From: Acidobacteriota bacterium
Lineage (GTDB): Bacteria; Acidobacteriota; UBA890; WLXD01
Length of the DNA stretch: 64,000 nt
Assembly (NCBI GenBank): GCA_963666055.2
Contig: CAXWPH010000015.1
Span: 1,344,001 to 1,408,000, forward strand
Direction: 5' to 3'
Positions 30,737-40,484 of this stretch are shown one piece after another. Position numbers and translations under genes: made by a program. The notes beneath the pieces were generated by a model that was not told the DNA's origin, did no database searches, and worked only from the letters and a program-made list of their open reading frames with translations. Numbering within the stretch: position 1 is the stretch's first letter; each line of letters starts with the position of its first letter.

Positions 30737-30882
30737 AACAGGGTGCTGAAAAACTCTGGCGGGTCTGGCGCGTGGGTCTTGCTGGCGAGATCAAGGAAGA
30801 GCGACGATGGCGATGCCAGGGTGCATCGTCGAGGAGCTGTAACGCTGAGATCGCCAGCAACCCTCACGCGCCCGAAGGGTTA
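30737..30882. mobile_element. Degenerate MITE related to the 7252 element (one TIR only)
   Basis: CAGGGTGCTGAAAAA end; shares GGGTCTGGCG, GGGTCTTGC, CAAGGA, GGCGATG, CATCGT and GCCCGAAGGGTTA in order with 7252-7427. Confidence 0.65.
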
Positions 30883-30895
30883 CGGCGTCGTGAAT

Positions 30896-32313
30896 CTATT
30901 GAATGATCTGAATCTTGGTGGATTGGTCGGGGTATGGAATCTCCATGCCACGGCTGGTGACGATGCCGCCATCGTGAAAAGCGGCAGACATCTGTTGCCC
31001 AGTGAAATTATTTCCACGAGACCATTCCGGCACGGGCATATAGATCATGTATTCGACGGCGAAGGTGTGAAACAGGCGGATTGTCGTGTTCCAGTGCCAT
31101 TTTGGTCCCATCGGCGAAATCCTGGGCGCGAGAATTCCCTTCCCTTCCGCATGCAAGTCGAGATGGACCTGGGTTCTGTCGGGGTGCGCGACGTATTTGT
31201 TGTATTCCTGGTAGTCCGTATACACGAACCCTGCGTCTTCCAGCTTTCGGGCGAGGAGATCGAGAGTCTCGCCACCCCGGTGCGGCCAACCTCGATGTTG
31301 TGCCGCAGGATGTCACGGACCCTTTTGTTATCCTCCCAGAAGTTCCGTATGTGCTGCGGTAAGTCGGTCTCGCCCTTCCGGAGCACGTAGGCTTGTCCCT
31401 CCCAATCACCAATGAGATCGCCGCGCTGAATCACATAGTCGTCGCCTCTTCGTTCATCTCCATCCTTGTTGATTACCGAGCCAACATCGATATCGCCGAG
31501 CGTGGTGACGCCGGGCACAATATTGGCGAATCTTCTGCCGCTCTCGCGTCGAAGGCCCGAAGTGCCGTAGAGAACTACTTCGCTGGCGACCCTTCTTGAT
31601 AAGTAGTCGAGGATGAGGTGTTCTGCTGAGACCATTCTCTTGGAGTAGATGTCGCCTAACGATTTGGATATCTGGACGTAGTCGGTGTATGAAATACCGT
31701 CACCGAGCGCCATGGTAAAAGTCTCGGAGCCCTCGGCAAACGAGAGTGTTTCGAGGTAGTTCACGGCGATGCGCTTTGGGTTCCGTTCAGCAACGAACCC
31801 GTAGAGGCCCTCGAATCTGAAGTCCAATTCCGACGCGTACTCGTCGCCGGGATTGTCGACGGCGTAATTCATGAACTCATAGTCTTGCTGACTGAGATAC
31901 TTGTATTTCTCGCCGACGATGTCGTAGGCGTCCGGATCTTGGACCTCACCCTGGAAAACGACCCGCTCGATCTGATCGCTGCCGCGATCGGTAAATATGA
32001 GAACGGCGGACTTGGTGCCGAATTCATAGCGAAGAGGATCGGTTCCGCCCCACGCCCAAGGTCGAATGACGTGGATCCACATGTCGATTGCTCTTTCACG
32101 CATAACCCGTGGCAAAATCAGGTAGAAGCGTTCTCTACGGACGTGATTGAGCATGTCAACGGTGGCATAGGGATTGCCGTCATCGAAGGTGCCGTAGTTC
32201 GCATCGTCGATGTTTGCCATGACATCGTCATACTGTTCGCCATATTGCGCAGTGGAGCCTTCAACAAACGAAAGTGTGAGCAAGAGTGTCAATACGGCTG
32301 TGGCTTTACACAT
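30896..32313 (-). CDS. M24-like exported protein, paralog 3; frameshift near 31275
   Basis: Two ORFs (31045-32364 and 30896-31225) together align with paralog 1. Confidence 0.65.
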
Positions 32314-32385
32314 GGGTTGGTTTCCGTAGCGAATGACGCGAGCTCCTAGGACGGTTGGAGACAACTAGCTCGACACGGCGTTGGA

Positions 32386-34119
32386 CTAGTTCAGATCCAG
32401 GTGCGAGTACTTCTCCAGATGGCGGGTCGGCAGCGTCATCGCGTCGCGGCGGAAGGGCGCCGCCAGCACGTTCTCGCCACCCTCGACGATCGCGTTGATG
32501 ACACAAGGCTCGCCGGAAGCCATGGCGTCCCGCACCACGTCCTGGACATCCCGGTAGTCGTCGACGGCGTAGCCCTTGGCGCCCATCGCCTCGGCGAGCT
32601 TGGCGTAGTCGGGATTGTCCGGCAGGTCGACGGCGACGAAGCGGTTGTCGTAGAAGTCGATCTGATTCTTCTTCTCGGCGCCCCACTCGTGGTTGTTCAT
32701 GACGATCGCGACGACGGGGATGTTCTCCCGCACGGCGGTCATCACCTCTGAGAGGCCGCTGATCCCCCAAGCACCATCGCCCTGCATGGCGAAGACCGGC
32801 GCCTGCGGCTTGCCGACCTTGGCGCCCATCGCGCAGCCGTAGGCGAATCCGCAATTGCCCCAGGTGAGCGCGGCGAGGTGCTGCTGGCCCCCCTTGAAGC
32901 CGCGCAGGTACCCGTTGGTGATGGAGCAGGTGTTGCCTACGTCGGTGGCGACGAGGGCGTCGTCGGGGAGCGCGAGCTGCAGCTCCCAGAGGAAGCGCCT
33001 GGGGTGCATGAGCGCGTTGGTCGAAGACGACCGCTCCTCGAGCTCGCCGTCCCACTCGGCCTTCTCACGGGCCACGTCGGCGAGGCGGTCTTCGTCTCTC
33101 GGACGGGCGGGTGCCGCTTCCTTCAGCGCCCCGAGTAGCTCCGTGGTGTACTCCTTCACGTCCGCCATCGAGAAGAGATCCGGGATCTTGCTCAGCCCCC
33201 ACTGCTTCGCATCGCGGTCGACCTGGATCAGAACAGCGTCCTCGGGCCAGTACGCCATGTCGTACTGGGGGAGCAGCCCGAACACGCCGAGCCTCGTGCC
33301 GAGCGCCAACACGACGTCCGCCTTGGCGAGGGTGCGCATCGCGGCCTTCGACCCGAGGTAGCCGAGCGGCCCGCAGCCGAGCGGGTGGGTGTAGGGAAAC
33401 GTGTCGTTGTGCAGGTACGTGTTGACCACGGGCGCGCTAAGGTGCTCGGCGAGCGCCGAGACCTCGGCGAGCGCCTCTCCCTGACTGACGCCGCCGCCGG
33501 AGATGATCACGGGGTACGCGGCCCCCTCGAGGAGGCGCACCGCTTCCGCGATGTCCTCTCGGCGCGGACGGCCCGGGCCGAGCGTCGGGGTGGCGAAGAT
33601 CTCCTGCTCAGTATCCCCGAAGAAGTAATCGCGCGGGACGTTGAGCTGCGTCGGGCCGAGCTCGAGCTTGGCGCGATAGAAGCAGCGCCGGGTGAGCTCG
33701 GCCATGCGGTCGGGCCGGTTGACCCTGACCTGGTACACGGTCTGCTCGGCGAACATCGCCATCTGGTCGAGCTCCTGGAAGCCGCCCGTTCCGATTCCGC
33801 CGGAGCCGGCCTCAGGCGTGATGGCGACGACCGGGGAGTGCGCCCAGTACGCGGCGGCGATCGCGGAGACGAAGTTCGCGGCGCCCGGGCCGTTCTGGGC
33901 GAGACACGTCTGAGGCATGCCGGTGACCCTGGCGAGACCGTCGGCGGCGTGCGCCGCGGCCTGCTCGTGGGCCACCGGGATGAAGCGGATGCCCGCATCC
34001 GGAAAGAGGTCGAGCGCGTCCATGAACGCCGAGCCCACGAGCCCGAATACGTCGGTCACGCCCTCCGCGACGAGCGTTTCGACGAGCGCCTCTGAGGGGG
34101 TCATCCTTTGCTTCGGCAT
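32386..34119 (-). CDS. xsc: Sulfoacetaldehyde acetyltransferase (ThDP-dependent)
   Basis: MTPSEA..ETL..GV..FG.VGSAFMDALDLFP.AGIRF, QNGPG, GDGAWG and WGAEKKNQ.DFY.NRF. Confidence 0.9.
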   Translation of the reverse strand: MPKQRMTPSEALVETLVAEGVTDVFGLVGSAFMDALDLFPDAGIRFIPVAHEQAAAHAADGLARVTGMPQTCLAQNGPGAANFVSAIAAAYWAHSPVVAITPEAGSGGIGTGGFQELDQMAMFAEQTVYQVRVNRPDRMAELTRRCFYRAKLELGPTQLNVPRDYFFGDTEQEIFATPTLGPGRPRREDIAEAVRLLEGAAYPVIISGGGVSQGEALAEVSALAEHLSAPVVNTYLHNDTFPYTHPLGCGPLGYLGSKAAMRTLAKADVVLALGTRLGVFGLLPQYDMAYWPEDAVLIQVDRDAKQWGLSKIPDLFSMADVKEYTTELLGALKEAAPARPRDEDRLADVAREKAEWDGELEERSSSTNALMHPRRFLWELQLALPDDALVATDVGNTCSITNGYLRGFKGGQQHLAALTWGNCGFAYGCAMGAKVGKPQAPVFAMQGDGAWGISGLSEVMTAVRENIPVVAIVMNNHEWGAEKKNQIDFYDNRFVAVDLPDNPDYAKLAEAMGAKGYAVDDYRDVQDVVRDAMASGEPCVINAIVEGGENVLAAPFRRDAMTLPTRHLEKYSHLDLN

Positions 34120-34194
34120 CTAGATCTCCATCTGCCAGGTCGTCCGATTCACTGCCATCTACTCTTTCCGCCGCGCCGTGCGGCGGCCATCGCC

Positions 34195-35904
34195 TCATCG
34201 CGTGTAGACCGACCGACCCCGCGAGAATGTCTCCATGATCGGGATGTTCTCGAGCTCGGCCGGATCTGACGTGAGCGGGTTCTGCCCCAGGATCACGAGA
34301 TCTGCCTGCTTCCCCACGGTGATCGAGCCCTTCCGGTCCTCCTCGAAGTACTGATACGCGGCGCCGAGCGTGACCGCGTGCAGCGCCTCCTGGATCGTGG
34401 CGCGCTGATGGGGTCCGAGCACGTGACTGCTGCGGGTCTTCCGGTTCACGGTGATCGAGATCAGGCGCATCATATTCGGCGGGACGACCGAGGCGTCGTT
34501 GTGCACGGTGAAGCTCACGCCCCGGTCGATCGCCCAGCGTACCGGGCTGATGTTGTTCCCGCGCTCCTCGCCGAAGCTGATCCGGTGCCAGTCGCCCCAG
34601 AAGAAGGCGTGCGCGGCGAAGAACGAGGGCACGACGCTCAGCTCGGCGGCGCGGTCGAGCTGGTCGGCGCGCATGAGCTGTGCGTGGATGATCACCGAGC
34701 GATGATCCGGCGCCGCGTCCATGCCGGAGACCGCCTCGTCGACGCCGTCGAGCATCAGGTCCATAGCGGCGTCGCCGTTGGCGTGGGCGAGGAAGGGCAC
34801 GCCCCGCTCGATCAGCGCCGCAGCCTGGGCCTTGTAGACGTCCGGATCCATCGTCCCGTACGCCCGGTAATCCGCCGGCGTCCCGGGCGGTCCTTCCTCG
34901 TAAGGCTCGGTGACCCACGCGGTGCGCCCTTGGGGCGACCCGTCGAGCACGAACTTGACGCCCGCGACGCGGAAGCCGTTTCGGTAGCTCGGCTCGTGCT
35001 GGAGCCGATCCTCCAGGATCGCGCCAGCGCTCGTGAAGACCGCGAGGTCGGCGAGCAGCGGCTCTCGCTCGGCGACCGCGCGGGTCGTCTCGACCATCTG
35101 CGGGCTCGTGCCGCCACCGTTCTGGATCGTGGTGGTGCCGTAGCCGAGATAGACGTCGATCGACGTGCGGATCAGCTCGTCGAATTCCTCGGGCGTCGGC
35201 GACGAGCCTCCGCCGACGAGAAGCCGGCCGGCGCGTTCCTCGAAGACACCGTTCGGCTCCCTCGAGCCCTCGACCCGCCTGATATGGCCGCCCTCGGGGT
35301 CGGGTGTGTCGGCCGTGATGTTGCTCGACGCGAGCGCTGCGGAGTTGGCCGCCCTGAGATGCCCCGACACGTGACCGAGCACGATCGGGTGCTCGGTCGA
35401 AGCGCGATCGAGATCGAAGCGCGTCGGATGGCGTTTCTCGTCGAGCAGCGAGTCGTCGTAGCCCCCTCCGGAGACGACCTCACCCGGCGGGATCTCCTTC
35501 TCCTCGATCCAGCGCCGAATCTTGGCGACGAGCCCGTCGATGTTCGTGACGTCCCCCACCGGCGGGGAGTGGAGCGACAGAGCATCGAGCGCGCGCCCCG
35601 CTCCGAGGAAGTGACCGTGTGCGTCGATGAAGCCGGGTAGCAGCGCACGCTCACCGAGGTCGACGACGCGCGTCGAGGCGCTTTGCAGCGCCATGATCTC
35701 GTCGAGTGTGCCGGCGGCCGTGATCGTCTCGCCGGTCACCGCCACCGCGTCCACGGACGGCTGGGCGGGGTCCATCGTGACGATGTTGTCGCCGAAGAAG
35801 ATTGTGTCGGCCGGCGGCCCCGAGTCGCCCCCGGGTGCGCATCCGCCGGAGCCGACGACGAGCGTGAGCGTGATTACGACGACCGCTCGTCTCGACCTGT
35901 TCAT
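34195..35904 (-). CDS. Amidohydrolase family 3 (YtcJ-like), exported/lipoprotein
   Basis: PGFIDAHGH, DGSPQGRTA, HANGD, IHAQ, HND and GSITVGKQAD. Confidence 0.9.
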   Translation of the reverse strand: MNRSRRAVVVITLTLVVGSGGCAPGGDSGPPADTIFFGDNIVTMDPAQPSVDAVAVTGETITAAGTLDEIMALQSASTRVVDLGERALLPGFIDAHGHFLGAGRALDALSLHSPPVGDVTNIDGLVAKIRRWIEEKEIPPGEVVSGGGYDDSLLDEKRHPTRFDLDRASTEHPIVLGHVSGHLRAANSAALASSNITADTPDPEGGHIRRVEGSREPNGVFEERAGRLLVGGGSSPTPEEFDELIRTSIDVYLGYGTTTIQNGGGTSPQMVETTRAVAEREPLLADLAVFTSAGAILEDRLQHEPSYRNGFRVAGVKFVLDGSPQGRTAWVTEPYEEGPPGTPADYRAYGTMDPDVYKAQAAALIERGVPFLAHANGDAAMDLMLDGVDEAVSGMDAAPDHRSVIIHAQLMRADQLDRAAELSVVPSFFAAHAFFWGDWHRISFGEERGNNISPVRWAIDRGVSFTVHNDASVVPPNMMRLISITVNRKTRSSHVLGPHQRATIQEALHAVTLGAAYQYFEEDRKGSITVGKQADLVILGQNPLTSDPAELENIPIMETFSRGRSVYTR

Positions 35905-36032
35905 ATAGCCACCCCGCGATCGGTTTGTCCCGACGGTTCGCCTCGGTGCTCGGCCAAGCGCTTCTCAGCGGACCTCGCATCGTTCGAGGCTCGTGATCGT
36001 ACTGTGCGGCCCGGTCGGGCACAAAAGAACGC

Positions 36033-37466
36033 TCAGTAGCGTCCGAGGCGCTCCCGATACGAGATCAGCTCCTCCTTCAAGACCGGGGCGAGAAGGTAGA
36101 GCCCGGCGAGATTCGGGATCGCCACCAGGAAGATCAGCGCGTCCGACAAGTCGATGAGCGCGCCGAGCTGGATGCTGCTGCCGAGGACGATGAAGAGGCA
36201 GAAGAAGAGCTTGAAGCCGATCTCGACGACCGGACGATGTCCTGCCAGGTAGGTGAACGACTTGAGGCCGTAGTAGCTCCAGGACAGCATCGTCGAGAAC
36301 GCGAAGAGCACGGCGGCGATCGACAGCGGAACCGGCGACCATGACAACGTGCTCGCGAACGCGTCCATCGTCAGCTCGATTCCGCTCACCTCGGTCGACG
36401 CCAGTGCCGGGTCGTAGACCGTCGTCACGATGACGAGCGCGGTCATCGTGCAGATGACGACGGTATCGATGAACGGCTCCAGCAGGGCGACGAAGCCTTC
36501 GGTGACGGGCTCGTCGGTACGCACCGCCGAGTGCGCGATCGCCGCGGAGCCGAGGCCGGCTTCGTTCGAGAAGACTGCACGCCGGAAGCCGACGATCATG
36601 ACGCCGATCAGGCCGCCGGCGATCGATTCCGGCGCGAACGCGCCCTGCCAGATCTGGCCCACCGCCCTGGGCAGCTGCTCGAAGTTGAGAACCAAGATGA
36701 GCAGCGCCGAGAGCAGGTACAGCACTGCCATGAACGGGACGAGCTTCGACGTGGTTCTGGCGATGCTCTGGATGCCACCGAAGATCACCAGCGCCACGAC
36801 GACCGCCATCGCGAGGCCCAGCAACCAGGCCCTGCCGAAGAAGAAGCTGTCCGCGCCTCCGGTGACGTCGATCACGATCGCCGCGGCCTGGTTGGACTGG
36901 AACATGTTGCCGATTCCGAGGCACCCGACGACCATCGCGGCTGCGTAGAAGATCCCGAGGGCGCGGCCCACACGGGGCAGCTGTCGCAACGCGAGCCCAC
37001 GTTCCAGGAAGTACATCGGTCCGCCGCTGACCGAGCGGTCCTCGTGCTCGTGCCTGAACTTCACCGCCAGGGTGCACTCGGCGAATTTGGTGCTCATCCC
37101 GAGCAGGCCGGCGATGATCATCCATAGTGTCGCGCCCGGCCCACCGACCGAGATCGCCACCGCAACGCCGGCGATGTTGCCGATGCCGACGGTGCCGGAC
37201 AGCGCGGTCGCCAACGCCTGGAAGTGCGTGACCTCCCCCGGGTGGAGCGGGTCGGCGTACCGGCCGCTGACCAGGTGTAGTGCGTGTCGGAACCCGCGGA
37301 TGTTGATGAAGCGCAGATAGAGCGTGAAGAAGAGCCCCCCGGCGATCAGCCACGCCACGATCAGCGGTAGCTCGGCACCGGCGACCGGCACGGCGTAGAA
37401 GACGAAGCCGTAGATCGCGTCCGCGAGCGGACGCATGAACTGGTCGATGGTTTGGTCGATGCCCAA
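36033..37466 (-). CDS. Alanine/glycine:cation symporter (AGCS family)
   Basis: FQALATALSGTVGIGNIAGV, GGPGA, FSNEAGLGSA and EPFIDT; TTG start after AAGGAG. Confidence 0.92.
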   Translation of the reverse strand: MGIDQTIDQFMRPLADAIYGFVFYAVPVAGAELPLIVAWLIAGGLFFTLYLRFINIRGFRHALHLVSGRYADPLHPGEVTHFQALATALSGTVGIGNIAGVAVAISVGGPGATLWMIIAGLLGMSTKFAECTLAVKFRHEHEDRSVSGGPMYFLERGLALRQLPRVGRALGIFYAAAMVVGCLGIGNMFQSNQAAAIVIDVTGGADSFFFGRAWLLGLAMAVVVALVIFGGIQSIARTTSKLVPFMAVLYLLSALLILVLNFEQLPRAVGQIWQGAFAPESIAGGLIGVMIVGFRRAVFSNEAGLGSAAIAHSAVRTDEPVTEGFVALLEPFIDTVVICTMTALVIVTTVYDPALASTEVSGIELTMDAFASTLSWSPVPLSIAAVLFAFSTMLSWSYYGLKSFTYLAGHRPVVEIGFKLFFCLFIVLGSSIQLGALIDLSDALIFLVAIPNLAGLYLLAPVLKEELISYRERLGRY

Positions 37467-37501
37467 GAGCGAGCTCCTTCCCTGAGCTTGGTGGTGCTCC
37501 A

Positions 37502-37708
37502 GTCGCGACCGAGCGCTCCGTCCCACCGATCGAAGAGAAACGCGGCAAGGGAGCGCTTGCTGAGCTGCTCGAGGAGGTCAGGAACAGTGACGCGTCCGGT
37601 GATCGTGGAGCGTATCGTCACGGACATCGATGCAATAGTCCGCGAGGTTCGGTTCGATGGGTGGCAGAACACGCACGCCGGCGAGCGCGCCGTGAATATC
37701 GCCCTCCG
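37502..37708 (+). pseudogene. Type I restriction subunit HsdR C-terminal fragment
   Basis: RGKGALAELLEEVRN..PVIVERIVTDIDAIVREVRFDGWQNTHAGER recalled as an HsdR tail. Confidence 0.6.
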
Positions 37709-37972
37709 CTACTCGTAGTGCGTCCACATCCGGAGCACCTTGATCACCTTCTCGTCTGCGACGATCTGGTAGACAAGCCTGTGCTGGATGTTGATCCTCC
37801 GGGAGTAAGCACCATCGAGGTCACCGACGAGCTTCTCGAAACGCGGTGGGGATTGATACGGGTTCTCTGAGAGGATCTCGAGAAGAGCCTGCGTCCTGGG
37901 TTTGAGGCCAGCCGCCGCGAGCTTCTTGGCGTCTTTCTTCGCTGCTTTCGTGTAGACGAGTCGCCAGCTCAC
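37709..37972 (-). CDS. yoeB: Txe/YoeB family toxin
   Basis: NPYQSPPRFEKLVGDL.GAYSRRINIQHRLVY...MWTHYE. Confidence 0.92.
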   Translation of the reverse strand: MSWRLVYTKAAKKDAKKLAAAGLKPRTQALLEILSENPYQSPPRFEKLVGDLDGAYSRRINIQHRLVYQIVADEKVIKVLRMWTHYE

Positions 37973-38211
37973 CAGTCGAGCTGTTCCTCGAGCTCGTCAA
38001 CGGGTGTGGCCATACCCTTGCGGATGGACTGGCGCATTCCCGGGATCGATACGAGGTATAGCGTCTCCTGTACCGCGTGCCAGTCGTCCTCGCTGATCAG
38101 TACGGCATTGCCGCGCTTGCCGGTGATCTGCACGGGATCGTGCGATTCCTGCACCTCGTCGATCAGGTTGTAGAGCTTCTTGCGCGCTTCCGTCGCTGTG
38201 ATCGTGGTCAT
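37969..38211 (-). CDS. yefM: Phd/YefM family antitoxin
   Basis: ITATEARKKLY.LIDEV..SH.PV.ITGKRGNAVL...ETLYL. Confidence 0.92.
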   Translation of the reverse strand: MTTITATEARKKLYNLIDEVQESHDPVQITGKRGNAVLISEDDWHAVQETLYLVSIPGMRQSIRKGMATPVDELEEQLDW

Positions 38212-38226
38212 TGCGCACCTCTCTAT

Positions 38227-38248
38227 AACGTACGTATTAGCGTACGTT
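38227..38248. promoter_or_regulatory. Putative YefM-YoeB operator
   Basis: AACGTACGTATTAGCGTACGTT: two GTAC-core palindromes just upstream of yefM. Confidence 0.65.
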
Positions 38249-38276
38249 GAAGCTCCACGAATGTCAACTCATGAGG

Positions 38277-38354
38277 ATGAGCGGCAACACCAACTTCGGC
38301 GAATGCGCCTGCTTCAATGCGCGCCGGGCGGCCCGGATTCTCGGTCAGGCCCAC
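38277..38354 (+). pseudogene. MarR-family regulator N-terminal fragment
   Basis: ECACFNARRAARILGQ matches the CxCxxxRRAAR start of a MarR subfamily. Confidence 0.55.
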
Positions 38355-38454
38355 AAGAGCCCCGAGTGGCGGGCCTCGGCCGAGCGGCAGGAGCTGTTCC
38401 TGCTGGCTGGCGCAGCCGGGAAGGTCTGACCTCCGGTCCGCCCGCTCTCGCCTG

Positions 38455-38538
38455 TTGGCTCTCGTCCGGTCCGGCGATAGGCTGCAGGTGCCCAAGCACC
38501 TCTCTCTGGTAGCGCTGGAACCCGGTACTCGACTAGGC
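38455..38538 (+). promoter_or_regulatory. Kinase-family promoter/leader, copy C, with 7 kinase codons (ATG lost)
   Basis: TTGGCT-N17-TAGGCT...GGTAGCGCTG-GAACCCGGTACTCGACTAGGC (EPGTRLG). Confidence 0.7.
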
Positions 38539-38558
38539 CTGCCCTGGAGTCACCCCCC

Positions 38559-40367
38559 GTGAAGCATGTGAAACGGAGCCCGTATGGGTACGCGAAATCC
38601 CGAGCTCGGGTTCTGCTGATCAGCGGATCGCTCGCTGGTGTCCTGATCCTCGCCAGCAGTTGCAGCAACTCCGCCGACACCGTGCTTGAACCGACCGCCC
38701 TCCAGTACCAGGAAGTCGCCTCGGATCTCGAGGAGTCGTGGTACGAGGCATTCACCCTGTTGGATCACTACGCCCAGCAGCAGATCGATGAATGGGCCCT
38801 GCCGGGCATGGCGCTGGCGCTCACCGACGCGGATCGTCTCCTGGGGGTCTGGACCTACGGCTTTGCCAACCTCGATGCCCGCAGCCCGGTGCGGCCGGAC
38901 ACGCTGTTTCTGATGGGCTCGATCGGCAAGTCGTTTACCGGCATTGCCATCCTGCAGGAGCACGAGCGGGGAACGATCGATCTGCACGCCCCGGTGCACA
39001 CCTACCTTCCTTGGTTCGAGATCCAGTCCGATCGGCCACCGATTACCGTGCACGATCTGCTCACCCATACGGCGGGGATTATCGGCGGCTCGGACCTCGC
39101 ACCGCACGGGTACTACGAGGCGTGGGCCCTGCGCCACTCGCGGCTCTCCGCCGGACCGGGCGAGCGCTTCCACTACTCCAACGTCGGGTACAAGACCCTG
39201 GGGCTGTTGCTCGAAGCGGTACGCGGCGAGCCACTCGGTAAGATTCTCGAGGCTGGCATCTTGGAGCCGCTCGGCATGGCAGCGTCGCACGGGTCGATCA
39301 CCGCTGAGACGCGACAGCTGTCCGCCGTCGCCTACCGACCCCTGCACGACGATCGTCCGACCCTTCCCGGGGCGCCCCTTGTCCCGGCCGGCTGGCACGA
39401 ATACGGAGCCGGCGATGGCAGCGTCACGTCGACTCCGGCCGACATGGCCGCCTACCTGCGCATGCTGCTCAACGGCGGCCAGGGGCCCGCTGGCCGGATC
39501 CTGTCCGAGGGCAGCTTTCGGCTGCTTACCAGCCGGTGGACCGAGTTTGCGGAGAACGCCCATTACGGATATGGCCTTAACGTCTTGGAGGCAGACGGTC
39601 GTACGCTCCTGTCTCACGGCGGTGGTCATCTCTCGTTCGTGTCAAGCATCATCGCGGACCTGGATGCGGGGGTGGGTGCGGCGGTGATGATGAACGCCGG
39701 AGGCCCGGCCGGAGCCGTGGCGCGTTTCGCGCTCGACCTGGCCGTAGCGGTTCGCCGTGGCGAGAAGCTACCCGCGTTGCCGCAGGCGCAGGATCGCGAG
39801 CGCATCGAGGACACACAGGAGTACACCGGCATCTACCGATCCGACTCCAGACAGGTGGCGGTCGTAGCGGATGGAGGCAGGCTCTTCCTCGAGGTTGCCC
39901 CCAGCCGCGGCTCCGAGTCCAACTCGGCACCGGAGCGGATTCGCCTGTTGCGCTTGAGGAACGATGCGTTCGTCGTCGACTACCCGGAGTTCGCACGGTT
40001 CCCGCTTGTCGTCGGGCGTGAGGACGGCGCCGTGGTGGAGGCGTTCCACGGCGCCGAGTGGTTCCGCCACGAGCGCTACCGAGGACCTGAGAGCTTCGAG
40101 CTGCCGCAGTCGTGGCGCTCCTACGAGGGTCATTACCGCTCGCACAACCCCTGGATGAGCAACTTCCGCGTCCTGGCTCGCAAGGGGCGCCTCTACCTGG
40201 TCTATCCGCAGGGATCGGCGCAGCAACTCTTCCCCCTCGAGGACGGTGTTTTTGCCGTCGGGAATGAAGACGCCGCAGAACGGATCCGCTTTGGCGCCCT
40301 CGCGGTCGGCAGGGCCCTGTCCGCACGGTACGCGGGGGGCGACTACTACCGGGCGCTCAATCCGTAG
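38559..40367 (+). CDS. Serine hydrolase, beta-lactamase/AmpC-like family
   Basis: SIGK (SxxK), LLTHTAG, YSN and HGG motifs. Confidence 0.88.
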   Translation: MKHVKRSPYGYAKSRARVLLISGSLAGVLILASSCSNSADTVLEPTALQYQEVASDLEESWYEAFTLLDHYAQQQIDEWALPGMALALTDADRLLGVWTYGFANLDARSPVRPDTLFLMGSIGKSFTGIAILQEHERGTIDLHAPVHTYLPWFEIQSDRPPITVHDLLTHTAGIIGGSDLAPHGYYEAWALRHSRLSAGPGERFHYSNVGYKTLGLLLEAVRGEPLGKILEAGILEPLGMAASHGSITAETRQLSAVAYRPLHDDRPTLPGAPLVPAGWHEYGAGDGSVTSTPADMAAYLRMLLNGGQGPAGRILSEGSFRLLTSRWTEFAENAHYGYGLNVLEADGRTLLSHGGGHLSFVSSIIADLDAGVGAAVMMNAGGPAGAVARFALDLAVAVRRGEKLPALPQAQDRERIEDTQEYTGIYRSDSRQVAVVADGGRLFLEVAPSRGSESNSAPERIRLLRLRNDAFVVDYPEFARFPLVVGREDGAVVEAFHGAEWFRHERYRGPESFELPQSWRSYEGHYRSHNPWMSNFRVLARKGRLYLVYPQGSAQQLFPLEDGVFAVGNEDAAERIRFGALAVGRALSARYAGGDYYRALNP

Positions 40368-40484
40368 CGGATCGACGAAGTGGGCAAGAAGGGTGCCTGT
40401 CTTCGGTGCCCGGGCTGCACCTTGCCAATTCTCCCGTCGTGGAACTCGAAGACCTGAGCGAAGCGCAAGCCATCCGAGCCTCGG

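Noticed and set aside
38559-40367. Antibiotic-resistance beta-lactamase
   Set aside because: The motifs place it only in the broad serine hydrolase family; the long C-terminal extension fits peptidase/esterase members
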